Shown: in pieces, positions 1 to 8,691 of the stretch | Numbering within the stretch: position 1 is the stretch's first letter | How the letters are laid out: every line of letters starts with the position of its first letter | Source: a virus | Taxonomy: Duplodnaviria; Heunggongvirae; Uroviricota; Caudoviricetes | Strand: one strand, 5' to 3' | DNA: 27,323 nucleotides | Virus record (IMG/VR): IMGVR_UViG_2537561979_000007 | Coordinates: 1-27,323 of that record | Program-made: the position numbers and the translations under genes | The notes under the pieces: generated by a model | Databases searched by the model: none | The model's input: only the letters and a program-made list of their open reading frames with translations | What the model was told of the DNA's origin: nothing

Positions 1-1254
1 ATGCTGGAACAAATGGGCATTGCCGCGAAGCAAGCCTCGTATAAATTAGCGCAACTCTCCAGCCGCGAAAAAAATCGCGTGCTGGAAAAAATCGCCGATG
101 AACTGGAAGCACAAAGCGAAATCATCCTCAACGCTAACGCCCAGGATGTTGCTGACGCGCGAGCCAATGGCCTTAGCGAAGCGATGCTTGACCGTCTGGC
201 ACTGACGCCCGCACGGCTGAAAGGCATTGCCGACGATGTACGTCAGGTGTGCAACCTCGCCGATCCGGTGGGGCAGGTAATCGATGGCGGCGTACTGGAC
301 AGCGGCCTGCGTCTTGAGCGTCGTCGCGTACCGCTGGGGGTTATTGGCGTGATTTATGAAGCGCGCCCGAACGTGACGGTTGATGTCGCTTCGCTGTGCC
401 TGAAAACCGGTAATGCGGTGATCCTGCGCGGTGGCAAAGAAACGTGTCGCACTAACGCTGCAACGGTGGCGGTGATTCAGGACGCCCTGAAATCCTGCGG
501 CTTACCGGCGGGTGCCGTGCAGGCGATTGATAATCCTGACCGTGCGCTGGTCAGTGAAATGCTGCGTATGGATAAATACATCGACATGCTGATCCCGCGT
601 GGTGGCGCTGGTTTGCATAAACTGTGCCGCGAACAGTCGACGATCCCGGTGATCACAGGTGGTATAGGCGTATGCCATATTTACGTTGATGAAAGTGCAG
701 AGATCGCTGAAGCATTAAAAGTGATCGTCAACGCCAAAACTCAGCGTCCGAGCACATGTAATACGGTAGAAACGTTGCTGGTGAATAAAAACATCGCCGA
801 TAGCTTCCTGCCCGTATTAAGCAAACAAATGGCGGAAAGCGGCGTGACATTACACGCAGATGCAGCTGCGCTGACACAGTTGCAGGCAGGCCCCGCGAAG
901 GTGGTGGCGGTTAAAGCCGAAGAGTATGACGATGAGTTTCTGTCATTAGATTTGAACGTCAAAATCGTCAGCGATCTTGACGATGCCATCGCCCATATTC
1001 GTGAACACGGCACGCAACACTCCGATGCGATCCTGACCCGCGATATGCGCAACGCCCAGCGTTTTGTTAACGAAGTGGATTCGTCCGCTGTTTACGTTAA
1101 CGCCTCTACGCGTTTTACCGACGGCGGCCAGTTTGGACTGGGTGCGGAAGTGGCGGTAAGCACACAAAAACTGCACGCACGTGGCCCAATGGGGCTGGAA
1201 GCACTGACCACTTACAAGTGGATCGGCATTGGTGATTACACCATTCGTGCGTAA
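1..1254 (+). CDS. proA: gamma-glutamyl phosphate reductase ProA (complete, 417 aa)
   Basis: Full ORF from ATG at 1; sequence and length recognised as enterobacterial ProA; lies immediately upstream of thrW as in E. coli. Confidence 0.93.
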   Translation: MLEQMGIAAKQASYKLAQLSSREKNRVLEKIADELEAQSEIILNANAQDVADARANGLSEAMLDRLALTPARLKGIADDVRQVCNLADPVGQVIDGGVLDSGLRLERRRVPLGVIGVIYEARPNVTVDVASLCLKTGNAVILRGGKETCRTNAATVAVIQDALKSCGLPAGAVQAIDNPDRALVSEMLRMDKYIDMLIPRGGAGLHKLCREQSTIPVITGGIGVCHIYVDESAEIAEALKVIVNAKTQRPSTCNTVETLLVNKNIADSFLPVLSKQMAESGVTLHADAAALTQLQAGPAKVVAVKAEEYDDEFLSLDLNVKIVSDLDDAIAHIREHGTQHSDAILTRDMRNAQRFVNEVDSSAVYVNASTRFTDGGQFGLGAEVAVSTQKLHARGPMGLEALTTYKWIGIGDYTIRA

Positions 1255-1368
1255 ATAAAACCGGGTGATGCAAAAGTAGCCATTTGATTCACAAGGCCAT
1301 TGACGCATCGCCCGGTTAGTTTTAACCTTGTCCACCGTGATTCACGTTCGTGAACATGTCCTTTCAGG

Positions 1369-1444
1369 GCCGATATAGCTCAGTTGGTAGAGCAGCGCAT
1401 TCGTAATGCGAAGGTCGTAGGTTCGACTCCTATTATCGGCACCA
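1369..1444 (+). tRNA. thrW: tRNA-Thr (anticodon CGU), 76 nt ending in CCA
   Basis: GCCGATATAGCTCAGTTGGTAGAGCAGCGCATTCGTAATGCG...GGTTCGACTCCTATTATCGGCACCA read directly; cloverleaf with CGT in the anticodon loop and a GGTTCGA T-arm. Confidence 0.95.
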
Positions 1445-1458
1445 TTTAAATCAATAAG

Positions 1459-2622
1459 TTACACATCATTAGTACCTTCCTTATTTTTTGACTGGGACAA
1501 ATTTGGGACCGATGGGTTCAGGATCGAGTCTATTTGCTGTGCGTGTTCGGTAAGGTGATTAGGTGCAAGGTGAGCATATCGACGAACCATTTCGATAGAC
1601 TCCCAGCCTCCCATTTCCTGTAACACTGACAACGGGACTCCGGCTTGAACCAGCCAACTTGCCCAGGTGTGTCTCAAGTCGTGAAATCTGAAATCATCAA
1701 TACCAGCCCGTCTCAGCGCCGCTTTCCAGGCTGTGTTTGCGTCATACCGCATCTTCCTTACTGTTGGCGCTTTCGTTCCGTCTGGTTTGGTACAGCTTTC
1801 CTTGTACACAAATACCCAACGGTGATGATTCCCGATTTGTTTTTTCAATACGCGACATGCAGTATCATTCAGCGCAACGCCAATTGCGCGGTTTGATTTA
1901 CTCTCTTCCGGGTTTATCCATGCCACCCGGCGCTGCATATCTATTTGTTGCCATTCAAGGTTGATGATGTTCGAGCGTCTTAAGCCTGTTGCCAGTGCAA
2001 ATTCAACAACAGACTTTAATGGCTCCGGACATTCATCAATCAGCCTTTGTGCTTCATGGGGCTCCAGCCAGCGGATCCGTTTATTCTTTGGTTGAGGCAC
2101 TTTAATAATTGGTGCCTTATCCAGCATTTTCCATTCACGCTCTGCGGCTCTTAGTAGGGCCTTTATAAATGAAAGATGCGTAGCCTTCGTTGCAACGGAC
2201 GCTGGTTTTGGCGTGTATCCTGGAACAGGTTTCCCTTTTTTTCTGCATGCTTCTGCCCTGAGTTTCCAGTTTTCCTCATGACGCCGGTTCGTCATTTTCT
2301 GCATTGCTGAATAAATTTTTGATTCAGTAATGTCTCTTAGTTGCATTCCTGCGAAATGTTGAAGCCAGAATCCGATCCGGCTTTTGTCATCGTCCAGTGA
2401 TTTTTTATGTGCTTTCTCTTCAAGCCACCTGACACACGCTTCCTCGAACGTTATATCAGGTATTTCACCAAGTTTGCTGACCCGCCATGCTTCAGCCTTT
2501 AGCTTGTCATGGAGTTCTGTCGCCTGCCTTTTGTCCTTTGTTCCAAGAGACTGTTTAAATCTTTTACCGTTCGGCAATGTGAAACTGGCGTACCATATTT
2601 CACCTCTGCGGAAGAGTGACAT
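1459..2622 (-). CDS. int: Phage tyrosine integrase (387 aa)
   Basis: C-terminal HDLRHTWAS...RRYAHL catalytic region typical of tyrosine recombinases; N-terminal arm-binding-like [14 protein letters not shown]; sits next to the tRNA. Confidence 0.9.
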   Translation of the reverse strand: MSLFRRGEIWYASFTLPNGKRFKQSLGTKDKRQATELHDKLKAEAWRVSKLGEIPDITFEEACVRWLEEKAHKKSLDDDKSRIGFWLQHFAGMQLRDITESKIYSAMQKMTNRRHEENWKLRAEACRKKGKPVPGYTPKPASVATKATHLSFIKALLRAAEREWKMLDKAPIIKVPQPKNKRIRWLEPHEAQRLIDECPEPLKSVVEFALATGLRRSNIINLEWQQIDMQRRVAWINPEESKSNRAIGVALNDTACRVLKKQIGNHHRWVFVYKESCTKPDGTKAPTVRKMRYDANTAWKAALRRAGIDDFRFHDLRHTWASWLVQAGVPLSVLQEMGGWESIEMVRRYAHLAPNHLTEHAQQIDSILNPSVPNLSQSKNKEGTNDV

Positions 2623-2849
2623 TTTCTTTCCTCTGTTATGCCATCACCCGCGCTCACCTGGACAGTATGCAGCGGAGACTGAAGAGCCGCAATGCAGGCT
2701 TGTCGTGTTGTGAGGTAAGGAGATTTATTCTTAGTGGGATCTTTGCGTGTTGCCTGAAGACGCCCTGTGCGTATCCAGTTAATGGCAGTCGGTCTGGATA
2801 TCTTGAGAAAATGACAGGCCTCATCGAGTGTGAGGCTGTATGGCTCCAT
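2499..2849 (-). CDS. xis: Excisionase-like DNA-binding protein (Xis/AlpA-type), overlapping the int start
   Basis: In-frame ATG at 2847-2849 preceded by GAGGTG; N-terminal [31 protein letters not shown] resembles Xis/AlpA winged helix; TAATG overlap with the upstream gene. The 124-nt overlap with int is unusually long. Confidence 0.6.
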   Translation of the reverse strand: MEPYSLTLDEACHFLKISRPTAINWIRTGRLQATRKDPTKNKSPYLTTRQACIAALQSPLHTVQVSAGDGITEERKCHSSAEVKYGTPVSHCRTVKDLNSLLEQRTKGRRQNSMTS

Positions 2850-3154
2850 TATTTCACCTCTTGCTGTGACATTGTTGAAAAATGGATACCAGCTCGTTGC
2901 TGCCAGACGATCCAACCGAGAGTCATATCCCATGCCATGTATTCGTTATCGCCGTTTTTTGCTCTCCGACGATCTACTAAGTCACCGAAACGCTTTTCCA
3001 TGAATAATTCATAGGCTTCGCGTTCATCTGGCTCTACTTCCAGAGATACGAGTGCGATTTCATAAGCACGGCGCTCAATATCGTCTCGAACCTCTAGGCT
3101 GCTGATTCGTTCTTTGATTTCTTTAATCAGTTCTTTATTGGTAAATGTGGTCAT
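2849..3154 (-). CDS. Early-left hypothetical protein, YfdT-like (101 aa)
   Basis: ORF in the early-left operon; size and position match the YfdP-Q-R-S-T block of CPS-53-type prophages. Confidence 0.65.
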   Translation of the reverse strand: MTTFTNKELIKEIKERISSLEVRDDIERRAYEIALVSLEVEPDEREAYELFMEKRFGDLVDRRRAKNGDNEYMAWDMTLGWIVWQQRAGIHFSTMSQQEVK

Positions 3155-3516
3155 TATGCTCCAGCCTCCGGTGCTTTTGGCATTACTGCCCAGTGAGTGA
3201 TATTGACGTTTTCAAGGTCCCCGACCTGAAATGTCCACTGCCATTCTCCGGTTTCTTTTTGTCCCCAGGTGTACCAGAGAGAACGCCAGCCAATCAGCCA
3301 GCCTTCTCCATTAGCATCAAATAACAGAACACTTTCATTTGCTGGTGGCAGTTCAGCTGACACTGGTATTATTTTGTTTTCCAGTGCCGCACATTTAGCT
3401 TCAAGCGCGTCGAATTTACGTACCAGGTATTCAGCATCTGTTTCATTCACTTTCAGATCTCGCGGTACACATTTCCCGCGAAGAAACCCTTCCATTTCGA
3501 AAACATTCATGCGCAT
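3154..3516 (-). CDS. Early-left hypothetical protein, YfdS-like (120 aa)
   Basis: ORF overlapping its neighbours; size and order consistent with YfdS. Confidence 0.65.
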   Translation of the reverse strand: MRMNVFEMEGFLRGKCVPRDLKVNETDAEYLVRKFDALEAKCAALENKIIPVSAELPPANESVLLFDANGEGWLIGWRSLWYTWGQKETGEWQWTFQVGDLENVNITHWAVMPKAPEAGA

Positions 3517-4043
3517 TTGCGTAACTCCGATAACTCGTTGAAGCGTTCCATAAACATCCCGTAGGCATGGCCCGGTGCAAGTGGAATCACGTTGAACATC
3601 TCTGTTGCCGGGATACCTTCCAGTACAGGCCAGAAAGAGCCATCATCAAGCCCGAGATCGCGGCGTTCGGTTGCCAGCATGATGAGATCGGCATATTTCA
3701 CGGGCGTGCTCATAGCCTGAGGTAACCCGTATTTCTCACGGATTACGGCGTCTATTTTTTCTTCCATCCGTTTATAGTCAGGAAGGAGGCGTTTCAGTGG
3801 TGCGGGGATGTCCTGGCAATACGCTTCTGTTGCATCATGCATTAATGCTTCAAAAGCAAATTCCTGCGGTACCAGCATGCTGCAAAGCACCGCATGTTGG
3901 GCTACGCTATAGAAGTGTGAAAGGTGACCTGCAAAGCGGCAGATATTTGAAAGGGAAACCGCGATATCGTTAATAACGATGTCGTCTTTATTTATCTTGT
4001 CATAATAAAAATGCTTCCCGGAAAAAGTTTTAATAAATGACAT
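3507..4043 (-). CDS. yfdR: HD-domain phosphohydrolase (YfdR-like 5'-deoxynucleotidase family), 178 aa
   Basis: H...HD metal-binding motif (RFAGHLSH...LMHDATE); start chosen at MSFIKTF (ATG 4041-4043) with GGAG 7 nt upstream; the track ORF begins 9 codons earlier. Confidence 0.78.
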   Translation of the reverse strand: MSFIKTFSGKHFYYDKINKDDIVINDIAVSLSNICRFAGHLSHFYSVAQHAVLCSMLVPQEFAFEALMHDATEAYCQDIPAPLKRLLPDYKRMEEKIDAVIREKYGLPQAMSTPVKYADLIMLATERRDLGLDDGSFWPVLEGIPATEMFNVIPLAPGHAYGMFMERFNELSELRKCA

Positions 4044-4170
4044 TTTGTTCTCCACGTATATGCACTGCACCGCGCTGAATTCTGGTAAAAGGAAGCCCTC
4101 ACCATCCGGTGATTATTGAGTTAATTACGCTTCCATAAATGCCCCCGCAGGGGCATTTGCAGTAATGAAA

Positions 4171-4995
4171 TCAGGCGGTGAAAGTACCAATAAAGGTTTC
4201 TACTTTGCTGTTTTTGAATTTCTCAACAAGCAGATCACGAAATTCGTTAGCCATTTCTTCCTGCACCGCTTCCAGCTGAATAATGCGCAGAACCAGTACA
4301 GGACGATCGCCAGTGATAATGCTGAGGCGTAATTTAAACGGACGTTCTTTCAGACCTTCAAACGGAACGCATTTAAATTCAAATGCCACTGGCATAATGT
4401 CTTTGGTCTTCGCTTCGACAGACTCCATCAGGGAGCGTTTGCCGCTGAAGTCATTATCTTCAAAATCAGCGGTCTGGTTCGCTTCAATTGTGATTTTACG
4501 GATCGCCGCAGCCGCTTTGGTTGCCTGAATGGCGTCACCATTAGCATCAAAGCCCACAAGGTAGTCGGCCCAGTCTTCAATCCATTCTGCCAGTGACTTC
4601 TGGGAGTTACGCTCGCCGTTAACAGACAACAGGGTAGAGAACGGTGCTGTCTTTTTCAGTTTGAGAGTGGCGGTGTTATCTGCGTGACCTGGTTCATCAA
4701 TAGTCCCCAGGTTAAGCACACTGACGGCTTGCATATTATCGGCATCGATAAAGCAGCGGGTGCCTTCATCTGCAAGATCTTTAGAATAACGGGTAAAGTC
4801 ATCGATGCTGGCAGTGGAAAGCGCGCCACGGAAACGGAAGCGATTTAAATTAAATTTTTCCAGATCATGAATGCGGAAATTTTCAGGTAATGCCACTGCG
4901 TCGGCACCAATCTTACTGATAATTTCATTAACACCCTGAGCAGAAATAAGGGCATGGATTTGATTAATTGCGGTTGCGTCTAAGTTCTGAGACAT
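4171..4995 (-). CDS. yfdQ: YfdQ-like (DUF2303-type) phage protein, 274 aa
   Basis: Full ORF; sequence and length recognised as YfdQ-like; sits between the YfdP-like and YfdR-like genes. Confidence 0.75.
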   Translation of the reverse strand: MSQNLDATAINQIHALISAQGVNEIISKIGADAVALPENFRIHDLEKFNLNRFRFRGALSTASIDDFTRYSKDLADEGTRCFIDADNMQAVSVLNLGTIDEPGHADNTATLKLKKTAPFSTLLSVNGERNSQKSLAEWIEDWADYLVGFDANGDAIQATKAAAAIRKITIEANQTADFEDNDFSGKRSLMESVEAKTKDIMPVAFEFKCVPFEGLKERPFKLRLSIITGDRPVLVLRIIQLEAVQEEMANEFRDLLVEKFKNSKVETFIGTFTA

Positions 4996-5060
4996 AATAA
5001 GTCCTCACTATACAAAGATATTCAGTGATGAGATAAATAATCAGTTTATTAAGAACGATA

Positions 5061-5423
5061 TTAACGACCTGCTGCGCGGAGTTTTCCGTCAGGTTCACCG
5101 GCAAGAGTCAGTAATTGTCCCTGGTCTTCCTGCAGAATAGTCAGGCGACCACCGCGATTGACATACATCGGCGTTTCGGTAGTGTCTTCTTCGGAAATTT
5201 TCCCGCGGTTAGTTGGGCGAACATATGAGAGTTTGTGTTTGATTTTCACACGGTTCTCATCAAATGGTTCAATTTCCAGGTTGAGCGAGACCTTACCTTT
5301 GGTTTTCGTGTTCATCACACCGGAAGCGACTTCACTGAGAACTGCGCCGATTTTGGTTTCAAATACGCCGCCGTCCAGCTCCCCGATAAATGCCTGTACA
5401 TCAGTACTGCGTTCGCTAGCCAT
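5061..5423 (-). CDS. Early-left hypothetical protein, YfdP-like (120 aa)
   Basis: Start taken at MASERSTD (ATG 5421-5423) with GAGGAG 6 nt upstream; the longer track ORF (to 5744) has a junk-like Pro/Arg-rich N-terminal extension. Confidence 0.65.
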   Translation of the reverse strand: MASERSTDVQAFIGELDGGVFETKIGAVLSEVASGVMNTKTKGKVSLNLEIEPFDENRVKIKHKLSYVRPTNRGKISEEDTTETPMYVNRGGRLTILQEDQGQLLTLAGEPDGKLRAAGR

Positions 5424-5895
5424 TTTGCTGCTCCTCATCATATCGACCCTGCAAGGTCGGTTGGTTTCTCCACAAAACAGAGAAGAACACCTGCGGTGGC
5501 AGCCGCCCGGATGGATTGGGTTATGAGCCCGTCGTCCGGTGATGCTCTTCTCTGTTTTGTAAAAAGAACGGTACCAGCCGGAAGCAAGGGTACAAGCTGG
5601 TGGTACCGCCAGGACTACACACAGCATAAAGTTGTGGTGCCGGGTGCCTCCCTGTGCCTGGCGAAGGTTGCACACCAGGCGGGTGGGTATCCACAGAAGG
5701 TCGACTGTCAGCCTCAACCTTAACCCGCGTGCGCTGAGCCGCATTCACCACAACGCTAAGGATTCTCTCTGGTTGAAAATGCTTAGCTGTTATGTGCCTG
5801 CTTTTAGCCACATCAGGCGAGGTGGACCTAGTTATTCCCCAACAACAAGGATTTGGTTAATCTGGATATCCCCAACAACTAGCTGAGTATTCAAC

Positions 5896-6417
5896 GTGAT
5901 AGCTGAACTGTCTGCGGCTATGGCCGCTATAAAGGAGACTGCCGGTCTTGCTAAGGTTATTAATGACGCGAAAACGGATGCAGAAGTTAAAGCTGCAACC
6001 ATTGAACTCCAGAACAAACTAATCACGCTTCAGGCAGAATGCTTCTCTCTTGGCGATGCGATCCGCCTTCGTGATGAAGAGGTGATGCATCTCAAAGCAA
6101 AAATTGCAGAGTTTGAAGATTTTTGTGCCAAGGTAGAAGGATATGTCCTTGATCAGCTTGACTCTGGTGCTTTTGTTTACTCTAAAAATGAAATTGTGAG
6201 TGGAAAAGAAATAACTGTGCATCTGTGCCCACTTTGTTATTCCAAAAATATAAAATCGATACTTCATCCGCTTCCAGTAGGTAAAACTTCTCATTTTCTT
6301 ACAAGCCGTTGCCTTCACTGTGAAAATAAATTTCTTATGGAAAAAAATCCGATGTACGAACGACCAAGATCATTACGTGAGTTGGGGCGAGATCTGAATT
6401 CGCCTTGGATTCCTTAA
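5896..6417 (+). CDS. Hypothetical coiled-coil protein with C-terminal Cys4 zinc-ribbon-like motif (CPLC...CLHC), 173 aa
   Basis: ORF on the opposite strand to the surrounding early-left genes; own intrinsic terminator 40 nt downstream; start is GTG at 5896 or ATG at 5917, neither with a clear SD. Confidence 0.55.
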   Translation: MIAELSAAMAAIKETAGLAKVINDAKTDAEVKAATIELQNKLITLQAECFSLGDAIRLRDEEVMHLKAKIAEFEDFCAKVEGYVLDQLDSGAFVYSKNEIVSGKEITVHLCPLCYSKNIKSILHPLPVGKTSHFLTSRCLHCENKFLMEKNPMYERPRSLRELGRDLNSPWIP

Positions 6418-6445
6418 ATCTTGCATTGGTTGGATGATACCCAGA

Positions 6446-6457
6446 TTGTTAAAGAGC
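6446..6457 (-). promoter_or_regulatory. boxA-like element (GCTCTTTAACAA) on the leftward transcript; candidate nutL
   Basis: Reverse complement of 6446-6457 is an exact match to the rrn/lambdoid boxA core as I recall it (GCTCTTTAACAA), about 190 nt downstream of the OL operators and next to a hairpin. Confidence 0.4.
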
Positions 6458-6459
6458 TA

Positions 6460-6483
6460 AGCGTCCTGTAGGGCGCTTTTTTG
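6460..6483 (+). terminator. Intrinsic terminator after the 5896..6417 gene
   Basis: Hairpin AGCGTCCTGTAGGGCGCT followed by TTTTTT. Confidence 0.5.
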
Positions 6484-6655
6484 TTGCTAACGAATCATCC
6501 TGGACTTCATATGCCCCAGGCGGCTACTTCGTGGGCGTCCTGCCTGTTCGTTTTTGACATTTACTGACCGCTTACGACACATGCACCGTGCACCGTGTTG
6601 CAACCAGATTTTGTTGTAATCCTGTAGTTGGTCTGGAACAAAAGATAAAATTAAA

Positions 6656-6692
6656 TTGCGAGATATGCAAGTGGTGTTTGCGAGATATGCAA
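6656..6692. promoter_or_regulatory. Putative OL operators: two copies of TTGCGAGATATGCAA (6656-6670, 6678-6692)
   Basis: Two identical 15-bp sites with inverted TTGC/GCAA ends, 22 bp centre to centre, same architecture as the sites between cI and cro; TTGCAT -35-like hexamer on the minus strand overlaps them. Confidence 0.5.
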
Positions 6693-6746
6693 AATGATGG
6701 GTAATAAAAAGCCACCTTTCAGTGGCCGATGGATGGGATATTGAGG

Positions 6747-7439
6747 TTAATTATGTCTCTTAAGGGTTTGCGACTGACTGATTAAGACCTTTCCAAAGAC
6801 CATGAATCGGTGTTCGTTTTCGCTAGTAATTCCCCATTCACGGTAAATCTGGTTATCAGAAATCACCAGCAGTTTGTCAGGAATCATTTGAAGTCTTTTA
6901 ACGTATATTTTGTCATCAAAACCAAAGACATATATACCATCACCATCAAACTGATTGATGCTGACATCAACGAAGATGAGATCTCCTGGCTCAATGGTTG
7001 GACACATACTGTCCCCACGAACGTTGATAACTTTGATGTGATTGGCCGGTCGTCCGCCGAACATTGATACAGCATTATCAGTTCTGTATTCGATGGCATG
7101 AATCACATCAATGACATCACCGCCCTGGATAAGGCCATTTCCCGCACTGGCACTGATATCCAGCATTTCAATACGGAACACATCCTTCACCTGCGCAACA
7201 TCCTCATTATTACTGTTTTTATATACAGTATTACTTTTGAGGGCAGAGGTAAAGAGATCAGCAATATCAACACCTAAGCTCTTGGCAATATTACTCAGTG
7301 TTTGTTCGGTAAATTGTTTTTGCTTACCCGTTTCTAAGCGCGAGATGTTCGCCGCATCTACTCCTATTGCTTCAGCGAGATCGGCGATTTTCATGTTCTT
7401 CGCTTGGCGAAGTTGTCTGACTCGGTTTCCTATGTTCAT
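6747..7439 (-). CDS. CI-like repressor: N-terminal HTH plus C-terminal S24 (LexA-like) peptidase domain, 230 aa
   Basis: HTH (MKIADLAEAIGVDAANISRLETG); S24 motifs GDSMCPTI (Ser) and KRLQ (Lys); divergent from a cro-like gene with operators between. Confidence 0.88.
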   Translation of the reverse strand: MNIGNRVRQLRQAKNMKIADLAEAIGVDAANISRLETGKQKQFTEQTLSNIAKSLGVDIADLFTSALKSNTVYKNSNNEDVAQVKDVFRIEMLDISASAGNGLIQGGDVIDVIHAIEYRTDNAVSMFGGRPANHIKVINVRGDSMCPTIEPGDLIFVDVSINQFDGDGIYVFGFDDKIYVKRLQMIPDKLLVISDNQIYREWGITSENEHRFMVFGKVLISQSQTLKRHN

Positions 7440-7459
7440 GCGTTTATTACATTTCTTTA

Positions 7460-7522
7460 TTGCGTGATAAGCAAATCAACTTGCGCAAAATAATTGCGTG
7501 AAATAACATGCATAACGCGCAA
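7460..7522. promoter_or_regulatory. Putative OR operator cluster (TTGCGTGATAAGCAA, TTGCGCAA, TTGCGTG...CGCGCAA) with PR/PRM
   Basis: Repeated TTGCG/CGCAA half-sites in the 97-bp cI-cro intergenic region; same half-site as the OL copies. Confidence 0.5.
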
Positions 7523-7536
7523 TATTTGGAGGGTAT

Positions 7537-7797
7537 ATGCAATCACCATTACGAAATGTGCGTAAGGCGCATGGTTTCACTTTGCAGCATGTTGCTGCGG
7601 GTGTTCAAGTCAATCCAGCGACATTGAGTCGTATTGAGAGGCTGGAGCAGATTCCATCTATCGAGCTTGCAGAACGTTTAGCCAATTTTTTTAAGGGTGA
7701 AGTCAGCGAAATGCAGATTCTTTATCCGGCACGTTTTCAATCTAGCCAAAACCAGAATGGGTTTAAACCACAGGAACAGGAGGTGAACCGTGGGTAA
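7537..7797 (+). CDS. Cro-like HTH regulator (86 aa)
   Basis: GGAGGG SD then ATG; HTH-like segment FTLQHVAAGVQVNPATLSRIE; divergent from cI. Confidence 0.72.
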   Translation: MQSPLRNVRKAHGFTLQHVAAGVQVNPATLSRIERLEQIPSIELAERLANFFKGEVSEMQILYPARFQSSQNQNGFKPQEQEVNRG

Positions 7798-8347
7798 GCA
7801 TCACTGGAAAGTAGAAAAACAGCCTGAGTGGTACGTGAAAGCTGTCAGAAAAACTATCGCAGCGTTGCCGGGTGGTTACGCTGAAGCAGCTGACTGGCTG
7901 GATGTAACAGAGAACGCATTATTTAACCGCCTTCGTGCCGATGGCGATCAGATTTTCCCGCTGGGATGGGCAATGATTTTGCAACGTGCTGGTGGAACTC
8001 ACTTCATTGCTGACGCTGTGGCGCAGTCTGCAAATGGCGTCTTTGTGTCTCTTCCTGACGTCGAGGATGTGGACAACGCCGATATTAACCAGCGTCTGCT
8101 GGAAGTCATTGAACAGATCGGCAGTTATTCAAAACAGATTCGTTCAGCAATCGAAGACGGTGTAGTGGAACCGCATGAGAAGACAGCAATTAACGACGAG
8201 CTGTATCTCTCAATTTCGAAGCTGCAGGAGCATGCAGCACTTGTCTACAAAATTTTTTGCATTTCAGAAAGTAATGACGCCCGCGAGTGTGCAGCTCCGG
8301 GCGTCGTGGCGTCGATTGCTTCTGGTTGTGGAGAAACTAACGCATGA
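7790..8347 (+). CDS. CII-like / YdaT-family regulatory protein (185 aa)
   Basis: GTG start 6 nt after AGGAGG, overlapping the cro stop; family assignment is by position and vague recollection only. Confidence 0.55.
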   Translation: MGKHHWKVEKQPEWYVKAVRKTIAALPGGYAEAADWLDVTENALFNRLRADGDQIFPLGWAMILQRAGGTHFIADAVAQSANGVFVSLPDVEDVDNADINQRLLEVIEQIGSYSKQIRSAIEDGVVEPHEKTAINDELYLSISKLQEHAALVYKIFCISESNDARECAAPGVVASIASGCGETNA

Positions 8348-8682
8348 ACAGTTTAACAACACACTACCGTCGCTCGCAACTGATTGCGCTTCCTGTACCG
8401 GGTGGAAAAGCGAAGGTGGAATATTGCTATGCAGTGAATGTACCAGGTGACAGGGAAATTGTAACCCACAGCTTTGCAGAGTGGGCTGTGGGTGATTTCA
8501 ACCGGCAGAAGGAGACAGTCCTTTGCGACAAGTTAACCGCTGGTTCAAAGATCACTACGGAGTGCCCGTCAGAGTCATTCGTTGGGAGCCGGAAACACAA
8601 CGGGTTATCTACCTCCGCGAAGGTTATGAGCATGAATGCTTCAGTCCGCTCGAACAGTTTCGTCGTAAATTCAGGGAAATAG
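8344..8682 (+). CDS. Hypothetical protein (112 aa); 3' half overlapped by a more protein-like alternate frame ending at 8702
   Basis: ATGA overlap with the upstream gene; C-terminal half is low-complexity, while frame 0 (8496-8702) encodes ...[37 protein letters not shown].... Confidence 0.4.
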   Translation: MNSLTTHYRRSQLIALPVPGGKAKVEYCYAVNVPGDREIVTHSFAEWAVGDFNRQKETVLCDKLTAGSKITTECPSESFVGSRKHNGLSTSAKVMSMNASVRSNSFVVNSGK

Positions 8683-8691
8683 AGGTCGGTC

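Noticed and set aside
741-1335. Minus-strand ORFs (741..1052, 946..1335) overlapping proA
   Set aside because: Antisense to a clearly recognisable complete proA; no independent support.
5061-5744. Long 227-aa version of the YfdP-like ORF
   Set aside because: The N-terminal 107 residues are Pro/Arg/Cys-rich junk-like sequence spanning the structured untranslated region; the internal ATG at 5421-5423 has a strong GAGGAG SD and gives the expected 120-aa product.
6019-6318. Minus-strand 99-aa ORF considered as a possible N-like antiterminator
   Set aside because: Antisense to the better-supported plus-strand gene, no Arg-rich motif, Phe/Lys-rich low-complexity product, no SD.
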